Part shown: positions 11,201-24,325 of the stretch, one piece after another
Position numbering within the stretch: position 1 is the first letter of the stretch
Layout of the letters: the number at the start of each line of letters is the position of its first letter
DNA from: Camelus ferus
Taxonomy: Eukaryota
Direction: 5' to 3'
Assembly (NCBI RefSeq): GCF_009834535.1
Contig: NC_045696.1
Span: 72,666,001 to 72,730,000 of the forward strand
Length of the DNA: 64,000 nt
The notes under the pieces: model-generated
Told to the model about the DNA's origin: nothing
Databases searched by the model: none
Seen by the model: only the letters and a program-made list of their open reading frames with translations
Made by a program: the position numbers and the translations under genes

Positions 11201-13499
11201 ATGGAACTTGATATCAAAATTGAAACACAAAAGGGAGCTAAATTTTTACAAGTCAGGTAAATGTCAAGTCAATGTTAGGGAAAACAGTTTGCAAAATGGA
11301 AAGTGTGATACCAATTAAGGGATTATTGCAATTCAGTTGTTTTCTTTAAATGTTTACTTTCACGAGGAAGTAAAATGGGGCTTTTAAGAAGAAACTCTTA
11401 TTTTATGCTGATTTGTAGATTATGCCTTATTTTAGAAACGGGAAAATATAAGAATTAAATACTTAAATAAAAGTAATTAAAAATATTAATTCCTCCATGT
11501 CATTTTGATTCAAAATTCTTTGCAGGAATTTGAAATCATATGGCAGATCTGATTTTCTTTGGGTGATCTCTGCTTGACATCTAAGTCGCAAAAAATGGTT
11601 TTGATTATCAATATCTTAAATTCACTTGATTTGCTAAGAAAGAAATCATTAATCCAAACAGTAACCAACTTACCGTCATATATGGGTGGGTAAGCAGTCA
11701 GTTACATTTTTCAAAATTGCCATTTCAAACCTCCCCTCCCCTCCACAATCCAGTCCTCAATAAAGGGGAAGACAGATGAAGGGGCTCTATTTAACTCAAG
11801 TTAGTTCTGTTTAATTCCACATATTTTATCAAAATGTTTAATTTAGAGGTAATAATTTAGTTTAAAGATAGCTGTTGAGACAAACTAGATGTGTTAAAGA
11901 AGTTGATACCAAAAATGTTGAGTGTCAGTGCAACGTAGCTGAAAGCCAATAGGATTGGCCATCTAATGGCTATTAAGTATGCTATAAATTTAAATCTTTG
12001 AAATACTTGTTGAGATTTATTCAGGCAGACAAACAAAGATAACAAAAGTCTTTTGTGTGTTTGTCAGTCATTTCCACTCCTCTGTTGTTGTAGTGTCAAA
12101 TAATGTCAGTTATTTAAGGGCAATTACTGTAATTTTAAATTCTCAACAAATTAAACTATAAAGACTAGAAGTCCAAGAAGGACCCTACTCATTTTTCTAC
12201 TACATTTCCTATCTTCCATTTTTAAAGGTAAGTTTTAATTGCTGGAACATTTAAAGAGGAAAAAAAACAATTTTTTTGTGTATTGGTGATTTTGGTTTTT
12301 TTAGCTACCCATGTTGGGACATTTCTTTTTCATTAAGCTATGTTTAATATATTTTTTCCAATGGCACTATGCTTTTTTAGATGAGTAAGTGAAATGATTT
12401 TTAATTAGACTTCATTTTTTTAAAAGACTGGAGTAGATTTTTAGCCCTCTTTTATATTCTGTATATACAGCTTAATGAAGTTAGGTTGGGGGTCTAGAAA
12501 AAAAATTGTCCACGGAAGCAAAATAGATCTTGAGATGAGTGAGAAAAATATGCATTTAAATTGTGTTTGATAATAGAATGTTCTACCAATAAAAATCTTG
12601 AAAATGAAGTGTAAGCATAATTAATTTGAATGGGATCATTAAAGTAGTTTCATAAAATAATTTAAAGTGAAGCAGGAAAATAATTACCTCCCATCATCTT
12701 TAAGCTATGTTGACAAAGTTTAAATGTTACATAATTTAAGAGGAAGGATTCAATACATTTTATATTTCATGAGATCTTTTTTTAAGATTTAGAGCAGCAT
12801 CTAGGATTTCTTTGCAGTAATAAAGACAATGATCCATTATGTTCTTCTATTACTAATTATTCTGTAAAGATTGTCTGTTCCAAAAGATAATTAGAAAGGG
12901 TGAAATTTAATTCCATTAAACAACTCAGCTGGGACATAATGAAATTTTGCTGTGAAGTTGAAGACTTTGAAGCCAAATAAGAAGGTTTTACATAGATAGA
13001 GCAAATGAGATTGTAAAACTCACACCTTATTCATGCAGGGCATATTTAAGACATACTAGGATACGATTATGTTTACTCATGATGAGTTTAAGTGCTCAGT
13101 TAGCACAAACATTCATAAAGGATGTTTCTTCTCTTTTCTTTAAATGAGAATTTTAGTGATGGACAGAGGTGCTTTTAGATTCAAGGTTTTTTCATTCATT
13201 TATTAAAGAATAACGTTTTCCATATCTGCTCTGCACCTGCCTCTACACAAGATACTAAGCGTTCCAAAATTAACAGGGAGCTCACTGTCTAGTCCTTCTG
13301 TGGTGCTCAACTAAGTCTACACAATTTAGTGATAAGATTTAAAGTGTCCACCGAGACTTGAGCTTATCAGATTTATTAGGCTCTTGCTTTGTATGTATGA
13401 AAACTTTGCACAGATGGATGGACTCAGTCCTTACTCTTGAAGACCTTATTATCCAACAAAGGCAGACATGTGTACTTAGAACTAGAACAAATTCGAGTA

Positions 13500-13710
13500 G
13501 AGTTGCAAAAATCTTTGATTCCCTACCCAAACTCTTGTCTGTTACCCTTTACTCAGCTTTGCACCATGTTCACTATACTGTTCTTAGCTCTTTAACATAT
13601 CTTCCCCTCTAGACCGGGCAACTGGGCAAGTACCATGTTGATTGTGCTTATCTCTGTGTTCTTCATACCATATATGTGTGTAGTACATAGTAGGCGTCGA
13701 TGAGTGAATA
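13500..13710 (+). mobile_element. L2 3' end fragment
   Basis: Ends in TAGTACATAGTAGGCGTCGATGAGTGAAT, resembling the L2 tail. Confidence 0.5.
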
Positions 13711-14689
13711 TGAGATAAAAATGACCACCAGCTGGTGGTGACAACTAGTCCTCATGGCAAAGACAATGACCCATGAGTAGATGAAAACAGAGATCCAAAG
13801 AATTTAATTTCTCAAAAAAGCACATTAATTGTTACAAGCAAAAATGGGATTTGAAATCAGGTCTAGATGGCTCCAAAACCCGTTTTTTCAAAATATTGGG
13901 TGAGTCATACTGCTGAAGGGGGCTCTAGGTAATAGAGGAGGTGAGGCCAGTTGTGGTTTTGTGTTGTTTAGGGGGATAATAGAACATTTCCTTTAGTCCT
14001 GTGTGGAGCAGAGTGAAGGAGACTCCCCCTAAAAGGAGTGGTATTTACAGAAGTAAGAAGATGGACCTAAGAGAAGTAAGCTTTTACACAGGTAATACAG
14101 ACTCACAACATAAAAGAATTAAACTACTGTTACTGCATTGCTCACTAAACCTAGCAGGGAAGAAAGGGGGGCTTCCTCGTCCAAAAGAGAGTCAGTGATT
14201 ATAGGTCCTAGAAGGTCAAAATCACTACTACCACTAGAGGAAGCCAGTTTCTGAAGCTCTCCGCTCAGATTCAGGAGATTTTGGAATGGCTTGTATTCAG
14301 TCAAGAGTAGGTGTGTAAACACTGTAAAATGACTATATTCAATAAAAAAGAATGCAATAAAAATTTTTAATTAAAAAGAGTGGATGTGTAAATGAGTAAG
14401 TTCTCTTCTAAAAAATATGTTTTTAATGGTCAATTTGGAATGACATTTATTTGAAGTCCATAGGCCTTCAATATGAAGATTGATGATATTATAGCAGCTT
14501 AAATTTTGGCTCAGAGTTACTTGTACTTAAAGAGCTCAGGCCTGAATTATTGAGGCCTGGCCATTCTCGTTACTGTCTCAGGGCTATACTCGTTTGGTCC
14601 TCAAAATAAAGAGGGCCCAATGCTATGCATCTGAGACCCATGTAAAAATCAGTTCTGTTGTGTTGCACCTGCTCAAGCTGAACTTGTTC

Positions 14690-14840
14690 TTTCTCTCTCT
14701 TCTCTTCCGTTACCTTTCTTCTCTTTCTCTCCCTTCCTTCTTCCCTCACTCTGTATCTATCGCTATCTCTTCCTATCTTTCTGTCTCTATCTCTATTTCT
14801 ATCTCTATCTCTATTTCTATCTTTACCTCATCCTTTCTCT
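14690..14840. repeat. CT-rich low complexity / (TCTCTA)n
   Basis: Degenerate TCTCTA/TTTCTA units read directly. Confidence 0.8.
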
Positions 14841-14873
14841 GTGTGCACATAGATTAAAAAGCTTATGACCCTG

Positions 14874-15392
14874 AATAGTAGGCAGATAATGGCCCTCAAA
14901 GATGTTCACAACCTAATCCCCCAAACTGTGACTATGTTACATTACATGGCAAAAGGGAATTAGGTTGCAGGTATAATTAAGATTGCTATTCAGCTGACTT
15001 TGAGATGGAGAGATTATCCTGGATTATCCACATGGTCCAGTGTAAGCACCAGAGTCCTTATCGGTGGAAGAGAGAGGTAGATGAGAACTAGATGGGTTGC
15101 AGTATGAGAGGGTCCTGACTCCCATTGCTGACTTTGCTCCCATTGCTGACTTTGAAGATGGAGAAAGAAGGCTATAAGGCAAGGAATGTGGGTGGTCTCT
15201 AGAAGCTGAAAAAGGCAAGGAAAACAGATTCTCTCCTAGAACCTCCAGAAAAAAATGCAGCTTTGTCAGTACCTTGATTTTCACCCAGTGAAACCCATTT
15301 CAGATTTCTGATCTCCAGAAAGAAAAGCTTGTGTTGTTTTAGGCCATCAAATTTGTAGTAATTTGTTATAGCAGCCATAGGAAGCTGATACA
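14874..15392 (+). mobile_element. MaLR solo LTR (MLT1D-like)
   Basis: Starts ..TAGTAGGCAGATAATGGCCCTCAAAGATG, contains GATTATCCTGGATTATC and ends GCAGCCATAGGAAGCTGATACA. 5-bp TSD CCCTG at 14869-14873 and 15393-15397. Confidence 0.9.
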
Positions 15393-15519
15393 CCCTGGGA
15401 GCAATTGACAGCTTCCTTGTCATTACGGCAAAACTAACAACACAGAAAGCAGAGCAGAGATAAAGAAATTAGGGCCTTGGTGACATTGTTTAGCCACATA
15501 CACCCACCATATCTTCAGG

Positions 15520-16270
15520 GGAGAAAGAACAAATGTTCCTTACAGAAGGATTCCAAATAATGAATGTAGAAGCAGTGGGGGAAACAGAATCTCACCTTTA
15601 GAACACTGTAGTAATAACTGCTCCAAACAAGATCCAGTGATGAATGCTAAAGTTAGTTAAGGAAACTTTAAGTGGGATATTTTCATAACTTTAAAGTATA
15701 TCTACCTCCAAATATTTATGTGACAATTTTATCATAAGTTCACAAATTCTTTGGTACTCCTTTCTCTAAGAGGTGAAGCTGAACCCCACCGCCTGTTAGT
15801 GTGTGGGTGGGGTTTAGTGAATCCTTTTTAACAACTGAGTATAGAAAGAGAAAAATGACAACTTTAGAGTGGAGAAATCCTAATTGGTCAACATTCTAAA
15901 AAATATCTGACCAGTACGGGTCAGATCATGGCAGTCAGGGTCATGAAAATCAAAGAAAGATGGAACCTGACACAGACTGGAGGAAATTAAGGCGACATGA
16001 CAGCTAAATGTGAGGCAGGATCCTAGATTAGGTGCTGGTACAGAAAAATAACACTAGTGGAGAAACCAGTGAAATCTGAATAATCTGTAGTTTAATTAAC
16101 AGATATTGATATTAATATAGATCCAATTAATTTCTTCATTTTGATAATTGTATTGTAATTATGTAAGTTAATAGGGGAAGCTGGCTGAAGGGTATATAAA
16201 AACTCACTGTAGTACCTTTGCAACTCTTCTATAAATAAAAAATTCAAAAATAAAAAATTAAAAAAGTAAA
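15520..16270 (+). mobile_element. Old L1 3' UTR (L1MC-like)
   Basis: Contains GACATGACAGCTAAATG, GAAATCTGAATAA and GGGAAGCTGGCTGAAGGGTATAT...CTTTGCAACTCTTCT, followed by an A-rich tail. Confidence 0.75.
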
Positions 16271-16274
16271 AACA

Positions 16275-17130
16275 ATTCAAAGGCAAAGAACAAGCTAAGG
16301 AAAATATTTAATACAGTTGGCAGAAAATGATTGACAGCCTAACTACAAAGGGGCTTTTACAGACCCATTGAAAAGTGGGCAAAAAAGATAAATAAGCAAT
16401 TTATAGTGAGAAATACAAAAGACAAATAAGAATAATCAATCTTACTGAGAATCAAAGTTGTGAAAAATAAAATCATGTCCCTCTTTTTTCAGCCTATCTA
16501 ATTAGTAAATATTAAGAAAAGATAATACTCAAAGTGCTTCTTTCAGGTTATGAAAAGACCATATAGTCTCATATAATCTTGTTATATTAATTAATATAAC
16601 TTTTGTGGATAATTTATCAACATATAAATAAAGCTTTACAAATACACACATCTTTGAGGCAGAAATTCCACCTTGTGTTATAGGGCTGACTAGAATTTTT
16701 TTTTTTTTTTTTAGTTCTTCTTTATTGTGTGTCTGATTTTTAAAAAAATAATGAGCATGTGTTACATTTAAAATTAGATTTTTAGAAACTATGTACTTAA
16801 AAATAGATAATTACACACAACAGAATAATATAAAGACAGAAAGATGATGTTGGAAAAGAAGGTTTAATGGCATATAAAGATGCTCATGGTATTTTGTGAA
16901 GTGAAAAAAATTGGAGTGAAAAAATGTCACCCTATAACATGATCTCTTTTTATGTAAAATAAATACTGCACATTTTTTAAGAGACTGGTAGGTCATATAC
17001 CAAAATGTTAACTGGCTATTTTTCGTGTAGTAGGATTACATGTGATTTTCACATTTTTCTTCTTTTTTATTTATATTTTCTCTAAGAAATGTATATTGCT
17101 TTTTGCATTAAAGTTTTTCCATAAATAAAT
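16275..17130 (+). mobile_element. Degenerate L1ME-like ORF2 end and 3' UTR fragments
   Basis: GAAAAGTGGGCAAAAAAGATAAATAAGCAATTTATAG (ORF2-end-like) and CATATACCAAAATGTTAAC...TAGGATTACATGTGATTTT (3' UTR-like). Confidence 0.6.
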
Positions 17131-18374
17131 GAAGAGTGGCACAAGAAAATGACAATCAGTACACCTCAGTCAGTCGTGGTTATTTATCATCAAAACCATT
17201 TATGGATTGTGTGTCTGTCTGTGCCGCCTGCTTGTCTTCAGGTTTACAGCACTGTCCGCCTGTGTGTATTCCAGGCTTTGGTGATCTGTTTTTGAAAAGA
17301 GCAACTTTGATCCAGGCCCGCAGCTGTGGGAGTGGACTCTGAATTGATGCTGGTTATGGTTAGAAACGAAAATAAATCTTTTGTCGGAAATACCACTATT
17401 TTTATTGACAGAAAGAAGACCTTAAACAGATAATTAGCAAGATTCATATCAGGCTTAAAGCAGGAGGGAAACTCCTCTTTCATTTTTCAGAAACAGTTTG
17501 AGAACCACTGCCTTGTAAAAGAACTCAGCCCTAGGCTGATGAAAAACAAGGGAGATCAATTCATTTGGACAGAGGAGAACATTCCACAAAAGAGCTGATT
17601 CACTAATGCAGCTCTGAGTACCTGTCTCAGAACCTTGTTGGCATCTCTGACTTTTACCTTGGCCTCAGTATTCTTACAGACGTAAGTCACAGAAGCAGGG
17701 ATTAGTGGAGGGATAGTGTAAGGCTGCCTGGCACATAAATGGCTAATTAACTCCTGACTGGATCCTGTTAAAGTGCCATTTCCTTCTGAATTATATCCAG
17801 GCTTTTCCTCTACTTGCTAAAAATTTATAAATACCGTATAAAAGACAAAAATTGTGGCTGAGGGTCTTAATTATGTAATCTTTCTTCTGCATTGGTGTCT
17901 GAATACAGTGCGTTCACCTTTTCTCTTAAACAGTCACTTAGGTTGCTCATGGCAATGATCAGCCAGGCAAAACATATACACACCCAGGCCCAAAGCCACA
18001 GTCCTAAACAGGGAAAAGATCCCCATGGGGAAAGGTGATATTTACATGACATAAATGATGCTAAAGCAAATCCTGTTCACTTAGGTGGAAAACATGAGTA
18101 AAACCCTTGGGACAGATTAATAGCAAAGGTGTATTTCAGGAGTGAGGACAAGGGCTACGTGCCAAGTATCTCTCTCTGCTTTAGGGCCACTGGTCCAGAG
18201 TGTTCTCCCATAGACAGCCAAGGGCACCTCCCATGCTTTGCCCCTTTTCCCACCTCTCCCACAATTCTGGAAGGCAGAGCAGACTAAAGGAAAACGGAAG
18301 TTGATCACAACTGTGTTTGAAACCTGTCACCATTAGCCATGTGACCTTAGGCAAGTTAACAAACCCCTTTTTTA

Positions 18375-18625
18375 GGGGGGAGGGATAAATTAAGAGTTTG
18401 GGATTAATATATATACACTACTATATAGAAAATAGGTAAACAACAAGGACCTACTTTATAGCACAGGGAACTATATTTAATATCTTGTAATAATCTATAA
18501 TGGAAAATAATCTGAAAAAGAATATATATATGTGTGAGTGTGTGTGTGTGTATAACTGAATCACTATGCTGTACACCTGAAACTAACACAACATTGTAAA
18601 TCAACTATACTTCAATAAAAAAAAT
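18375..18625 (+). mobile_element. 5'-truncated artiodactyl-type L1 3' end inserted into a MIR
   Basis: AACAACAAGGACCTACTTTATAGCACAGGGAACTATATT...ACACCTGAAACTAACACAACATTGTAAATCAACTATACTTCAATAAAAAAAA. MIR halves lie at ~18310-18372 and ~18650-18760. Confidence 0.9.
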
Positions 18626-20444
18626 GATGAGGTAAGTAAATAAATAAATTCCTTTTTGGTCCTCAGTTTCCTCATCTATGGAATGAGGAACAGAATACAT
18701 TCCTCAAAAGGTTGTTGTGAGAATTCAGTTTCATTGTATGTAAAATGGCAGGCACCCTTGAAATGGTAATGACCTTCACACCCATGGACCGACTCTCCAT
18801 CTGAAAATATGGTTCTCGATACCCTGCCCTGAAATATTTAAAAGGAACCAGTGCAGAGCTGAGGGCAAGAGATCTTTTTCTCTATTGTGTAAGCAGAAAG
18901 AAACACCTGAATATAAACAGTGTCAGCAGCACTAACATAATATTCTAATGATCAAGTATTGCCTGGCTAAAGATATGGAAAGTTCTTACAGTGATGAATT
19001 TTTAACATTGAAATTTGACTTACCTTTTGTGTTCCACTGCCTTAAATCCGTTTTGGAAACAGGCAGAGCATAAATAAATCAACAGTCAACTCTTACTTGG
19101 TTGTTTGGATGAAAGCAGGTGGCGATTGAGAAGACATAGGTCGATGTGTGTGTGTGAGTTAAAAACAAATGTCTTCTGAAGCAAATAACTTAACAATAAG
19201 AATGGAGATCTTTCTTGAATGGGAACTCAGGTCACTTGAATATCTTTGCTCTGGGAGCCCCTGATCTGTTCAACATTAGGGTGAGTTGCAAAGCACAGTC
19301 TTCCTGGCCTGGCTACATTCTCTGCCTTCTCTTACCCATTTCCCTTTCCATTCCTTTATCGTGCATTGGGATTTTCTCCCACTTGTGGCTCCTGCCACAG
19401 CCTTCACTCCCCTCTTCCTCTTGCCGCCAGCTTCATGTTGGCTTTCACATTACCTTGCTCCCAGTTGTCACCATCAGTAGGTGTTCAATGCCACCTTTTG
19501 TGGGAAAACACTTAACAGAGCATCCAAAGCTACCCGAATGCTTTCCCTTTCTGCTGTCCACACCAGCCTTACATATGCCCTTCCTAACTGTTTAGTTGGA
19601 TGGGATGGGCAAAGGCACCCGGGAGGATACTCCCTGTTAAGTGCAAGTCATTTCCGCTCCTTAGTGTCACTAAAGGAACACTCCATTTGAGCTCAAAACT
19701 CATATTTGGGTGACTGTGTTTAGTTGAAACTCTCTTCCCCATGCTGTCTGCTCTGTACTCCCAGATCATTACAGAGCTCATAGCATCCTGTATTGTAATA
19801 AATGGGTTTGGGGAGCTGTGCCTCCCTCTAGATTAATGCTGGATTATCCACAGGCAAATTAAACATACACTTAGGGCTCTGGCAAAACAGAAGCATTAAG
19901 CCAAACAAACTACTGCAAACACCAATGACAAAAGCTATCAAGAAACTACAACACAAATGGCAATTAGGAGTTCTACAAAGAAGCAATTTTAATTTAGAAC
20001 ATTTCATTTTTGAGTCTTTAAAAATATTTAAATTATACATGGGAAGGGAACACCACAGATCTTCCAGGATTTTGGACCTGCTTAATTCATACTCTGTGTC
20101 TTGTCTTGATGAAGAATTCTTAAGTGAAGTCTCAGCCAGTCCCCTGAAACCTCACTCAAAATCAAGTGTTTGTGCATATGGGCATTTTTCAGGGGTTCAG
20201 ACTCTCAAAGGCTCTGAGAGCCTGAACTGTTTTGAGAACCACTGTGCTATGCTTGAGTCATCTTTGTTTATCCAGGGGTAGGGCAGCGCCCAGCAGAGTG
20301 GGCACATAATCCTGGTTGATATGCAATGGGTCTTTCTGAGTACTAAATATTATTTTTGACAATATTTATGTATCAAAGAGAGATAATTGGTGATTCTGTG
20401 ACCGTACTCTGTCATGGTCATTTAACATTTTCATCTTCATGACT

Positions 20445-20447
<3 letters not shown>

Positions 20448-20475
<28 letters not shown>
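20448..20475. repeat. (AC)14 microsatellite
   Basis: Perfect dinucleotide run. Confidence 0.95.
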
Positions 20476-20739
20476 TTTTTTCTTTTGAAATTATTAGATG
20501 GTTCCTAAAACTGTGGTAAGCTTAGAAAAGTCCAGCTTTCAACTTGGTAAAAGGGTCATTTGCTGTTTTTTTTTTTTAATATCATTGTTTACTACTCCTA
20601 AAGTCAGAAATGTTTTTAGACACCGCGTATCTTCTCATTCGTCAGTTTAAAATCAGCCTGTTACTATTTTGTTTGTTTTTAAAATTGGCAGGTGTTGTCT
20701 AAAGGCAGAATAAATTCAGAGAATTTTATCCCCATTTAT

Positions 20740-20906
20740 CAGAAGTTCTCCAGTATCTGTGTGTCCTGGAGTCTCCTGGGAAGCCTGTTAAACACATGGA
20801 TTCCAGAGCCCCACCCACAGAGTCAAGATAACTGGTCTGGAATCCACATTTTTAACAAGGACTTCAGCTGATTCTGAGAAGGATGCTCTGACTTTGAAAA
20901 ACACTG
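20740..20906. mobile_element. MER5-like hAT-Charlie MITE
   Basis: CAGAAGTTCTC... start, CCTGGGAAGCCTGTTAAACACATGGATTCCAGAGCCCCACCC core, TTTGAAAAACACTG end (imperfect terminal inverted repeats). Confidence 0.7.
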
Positions 20907-21691
20907 TTCTATTTTGGCGTGCTTGCCCCATTAATATTCATCGAGGTTTAAATGTAAATCTAGGCGGGAAAATGAACATATATCACTCTTAGAACTTTCC
21001 TTTGAATCTGCCTTTCCATGAGACCAAGTAAATATGGAAAACTTCTGTAGGGGAGAAGCAACCAGCCCTGTTTAAGACTTGTGGGATTTGTTTTGTTTTG
21101 AACATGTGAGTAATTTCTAAATTAATAAGTGAAAACCTAAGTAGCACTGCAGGAAATTTCTCCCTTTATTTTCTGCTTCATCTTGGGTGCTGAAACTTGC
21201 CAGACCCACAGCTGGTGGATTCCTGAGGATGCTGACAGAGGTGTATGGCACTTAGCCGCTCTGTAAGTATGTTTGTTTTCACTTCATGCAGCCACATGCT
21301 AAGTGTACTGTAGCTATTTTTGGAGCACTGGCCTGTTGTTGCAGATAAACATGTTGATAGTACAATGGCCTTTATTCTCACACACACTCCTGACAAGGGG
21401 AGACTGTGCTTGGTTTTGTTTGGTTTGTTTTGAGAACATGTATCGAGTACTTGTATGTGATGACTGCAGCTAGTTGATTTTGCAAATGTTTCATGTCATT
21501 CTCACAGAGTCTGCAAACTAGGGCTGTTGTTACATCCTATGATACATTGTTATGATGACAGTAATGGTACCCCATTCACCCCAAGGACTAAAGCCCCAGT
21601 GCTTTACACAGCTGTCTCCTTGTCTCCTTCTGGAGCACCACTCAGAGGTGCAAGGAGAGCACCATTTCTTGGATGCAATAATAATAAATAT

Positions 21692-22465
21692 ATTAATTTT
21701 TTAATTGGAGTATAATTGTCACATAGCATTATGTTAGTTTTGTATATACTACATACTGATTCAATATTTGTTTATATTTATTGCAAATTGATCACAACAA
21801 TAAATCTAGTCAACATCTGTCACTATACATAGTTAACAAAGAATTTTTTCTTCTGATGAGAACTTTTAAGATTTACTCTCTTGGCAACTTTCAAATGAAC
21901 AGTACAGTATTAACTATAGTCACCATGCCGTACATTGCATCCCCATAACTTACTTATTTTATAACTGGACGTTTGTATCTTTTGACCCCCTTCACCCATC
22001 TCATCCCTCCCCACCTCTAGCTACCACCAATATGTTCTATGAGGGTCTTTTTTAAGGTTCCTCCTATGAGTGAGATCATACACTATTTGTCTTTCTCTGT
22101 CTGACTTATTTCACTCAGCATAATGCCCTCAAGTTCCATCCGTGTTATCACAAATGGCCAGCTCCCATTCTTTTTTATGGCTGAATAATATTGCATTGTC
22201 TATATATACCACATTTTCTTTATCCATTCATCTACCAGTGGATACTTAGATTGTTTCCACTTCTTGGCTGTTGTAGGTAATGCTGCAGTGAACATGGGGG
22301 CATATGCATCTTTTGAGTTAGTGTTTTCATTTTCTTCACGTAACTACCCAGAAGTGGAATTGCTGGATCATAGAGTGGCTCTATTTTTGACTTTTCAGGA
22401 CCCTCTGTACTGTTTTCCATAGTGGCTACACCAATTTACAAACCCACCCACAAACTGCACAATCA
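21692..22465 (-). mobile_element. L1 3' end (L1MA9-like) including ORF2 C-terminal remnant
   Basis: Antisense 3' UTR motifs (GAGAACTTTTAAGATTTACTCTCTTGGCAACTTTCAAAT, CTGACTTATTTCACTCAGCATAATGCCCTC). ORF 22232-22420 (MENSTEGPEKSKIEPLYDPAIPLLG) matches the L1 ORF2 motif PYDPAIPLLG. Confidence 0.92.
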
Positions 22466-22509
22466 ACATTAACATTTTAAAGTAAAAAAATAAATAAATA
22501 AGCTAGCAT

Positions 22510-22630
22510 TTTCCTATTCCACAGAGAAGAAGGCTGAACTGAGTGAGGTTAAGTGACTTGCCCAAAGTCAGAGCTGGTAACTATAACAGCCGGGATTTGA
22601 ATGCCTGTTTAGTGATTTTTCTGCCCCAAA
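22510..22630 (-). mobile_element. MIR SINE fragment
   Basis: GAGGTTAAGTGACTTGCCCAAAGTCAGAGCTGGTAA...GGGATTTGAA. Confidence 0.75.
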
Positions 22631-22986
22631 CTTTTTCAAAAAACTGTGCTCCAAGCCTGCTGTGAATGTTTCCCCACTGCTGGTCACCTCCCTGGCAAGA
22701 CAGAGGGTGATGCTCAAGGAGGGGAGGGTGTCTTCTGCAGAAGATTCTTAAAGAGCACAGGAGGCTGGTGCTCCTTAAAGGAAGCAACTTTGCTTTATTT
22801 GTACATCCCTGTGTGTGTAGCCCAGCATCTAGAATAATAAATGCTTGTCCCTCTCTATTCGTGAAAATAGGTAAACAGGTACACTTTAATATAAAATCAT
22901 CTGCTTCCTTAATTTTAGTACCTGAGTAATGACAGTGATGAGTAACATTTATGAAGTGCTTGCCAATTGCTTTACAAAACAGAACC

Positions 22987-23375
22987 TATTATGGACTGAA
23001 CGTTTGTGCCCCACCCCGCTCCCGGCCCCTGCCACATTTCATATATTGAAGCCCTGACCTTCAGTATGATGGCATCTGGAGGTGCTGCCTTGGGGAAATG
23101 ATTGGGTTAGATGAGGTCGTGAGGGTGGGGTCTTCATAATGAGATTGGTTCCCTTAGAAGAAAAGACCAGACAGTTTGCTCTTGCTCTCTCTCTCAAGTG
23201 AGGACACAGCAGGAATATGGCTGTCTGCAAGCCAGAAAGAAGGGTCTCACCAGGAACTTAGGTGGCCGGCACCTTGCTCTTGAAATTCCCAGGCTCCAAA
23301 ACTGTGAGAAATTTCTGTTGTTTAAACCACCCAGTCTATGGTATTTTGTGACGGCAGCCCAGGCTGACAAAGACA
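22987..23375 (+). mobile_element. MaLR solo LTR (MLT1A-like)
   Basis: TATTATGGACTGAACGTTTGTGCCCC start, GTGAGGACACAGCAGGAA core, CCACCCAGTCTATGGTATTTTGTGACGGCAGCCCAGGCTGACAAAGACA end. Near-perfect 5-bp TSD GAACC/GCACC. Confidence 0.9.
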
Positions 23376-24109
23376 GCACCCTCTGCGCTGACAGTGAGGC
23401 ACAGAGACCACAGCAGTTTTCTCAAAGCCCAGCACAGCCGGATTTGGACCAGGCTCCTCTGACTCCCTGAGGGCATGGTGGTTTCTCTGCTAACCTGTCC
23501 TGCCCCTGGCTGTCTGAGGGGGAACGGAAATATAAACCAACACCCTACTGCAGGAATATGTCAGTAGACAGAGGTCAAAAAAGTGTTAGTTGTAAGTGGA
23601 GTGTAAAATAAGGTGTAAAATTTCGGCACTAATGCTGTGAAACACAGCTCCTGGGCAGCCCTGGAGAACAAAATTTGTACTGATTCAGACAGGCATCGAT
23701 GCTAGCTTTCCATCAGTTTTTCATCCCCCTTCCTAGTTCTGATCCCTACTTTCTTGGCATTAATGTGGGCTAAATGCTGCTTTAAAGAAACTACTGATTC
23801 TGAGACACAGATAAAAGCTCACTAAAAACTCCAGCTACCAAAACATCGTGCCTGGTCTACATCTGGCCACAGGAGACTCATGACCAAATGACAGACTTGA
23901 CACTTAGCAGCTCGGAGTGTGAGTCTACCAGGCCATCTGCCTTGTTTTATGTAGTTTTTGGAAAGCCCTGATCTCTACCTCCAGTGTCTTATTTTCAAAA
24001 TAAGAAATAACACTGGAGTTCTGCCTCCAGGAAACTGCGAGGATTAGCTCATAGAAGTGACAGATCTGGGTACAGTGACGGAGTTCCATGGCTGCTAAAG
24101 AATGACTGT

Positions 24110-24325
24110 CGGAGAGAAGTGCTCTCGAGTGGGAAGAGTTCAGCCTGAGACCTGGCCTCACACGCCGCTTCCTAGCCCTGTGACTTGGGACAAGTTACCT
24201 AATCCTCACATGTGCCTCAATTTCCTCAAACATAAACCTGGAAATATGTGAACCTGCCTTCAAGCATTGTCATGAGGATTAAATGAGATAACTTGTGTCT
24301 GGCACACACCGATTCACAAATAAGC
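24110..24325 (+). mobile_element. MIR SINE
   Basis: CTGTGACTTGGGACAAGTTACCTAA...GCCTCAATTTCCTCA...GTCATGAGGATTAAATGAGATAA. Confidence 0.8.

Noticed and set aside
22232..22420. ORF with real protein similarity (YDPAIPLLG)
   Set aside because: A frameshifted L1 ORF2 C-terminal remnant, not a host gene.
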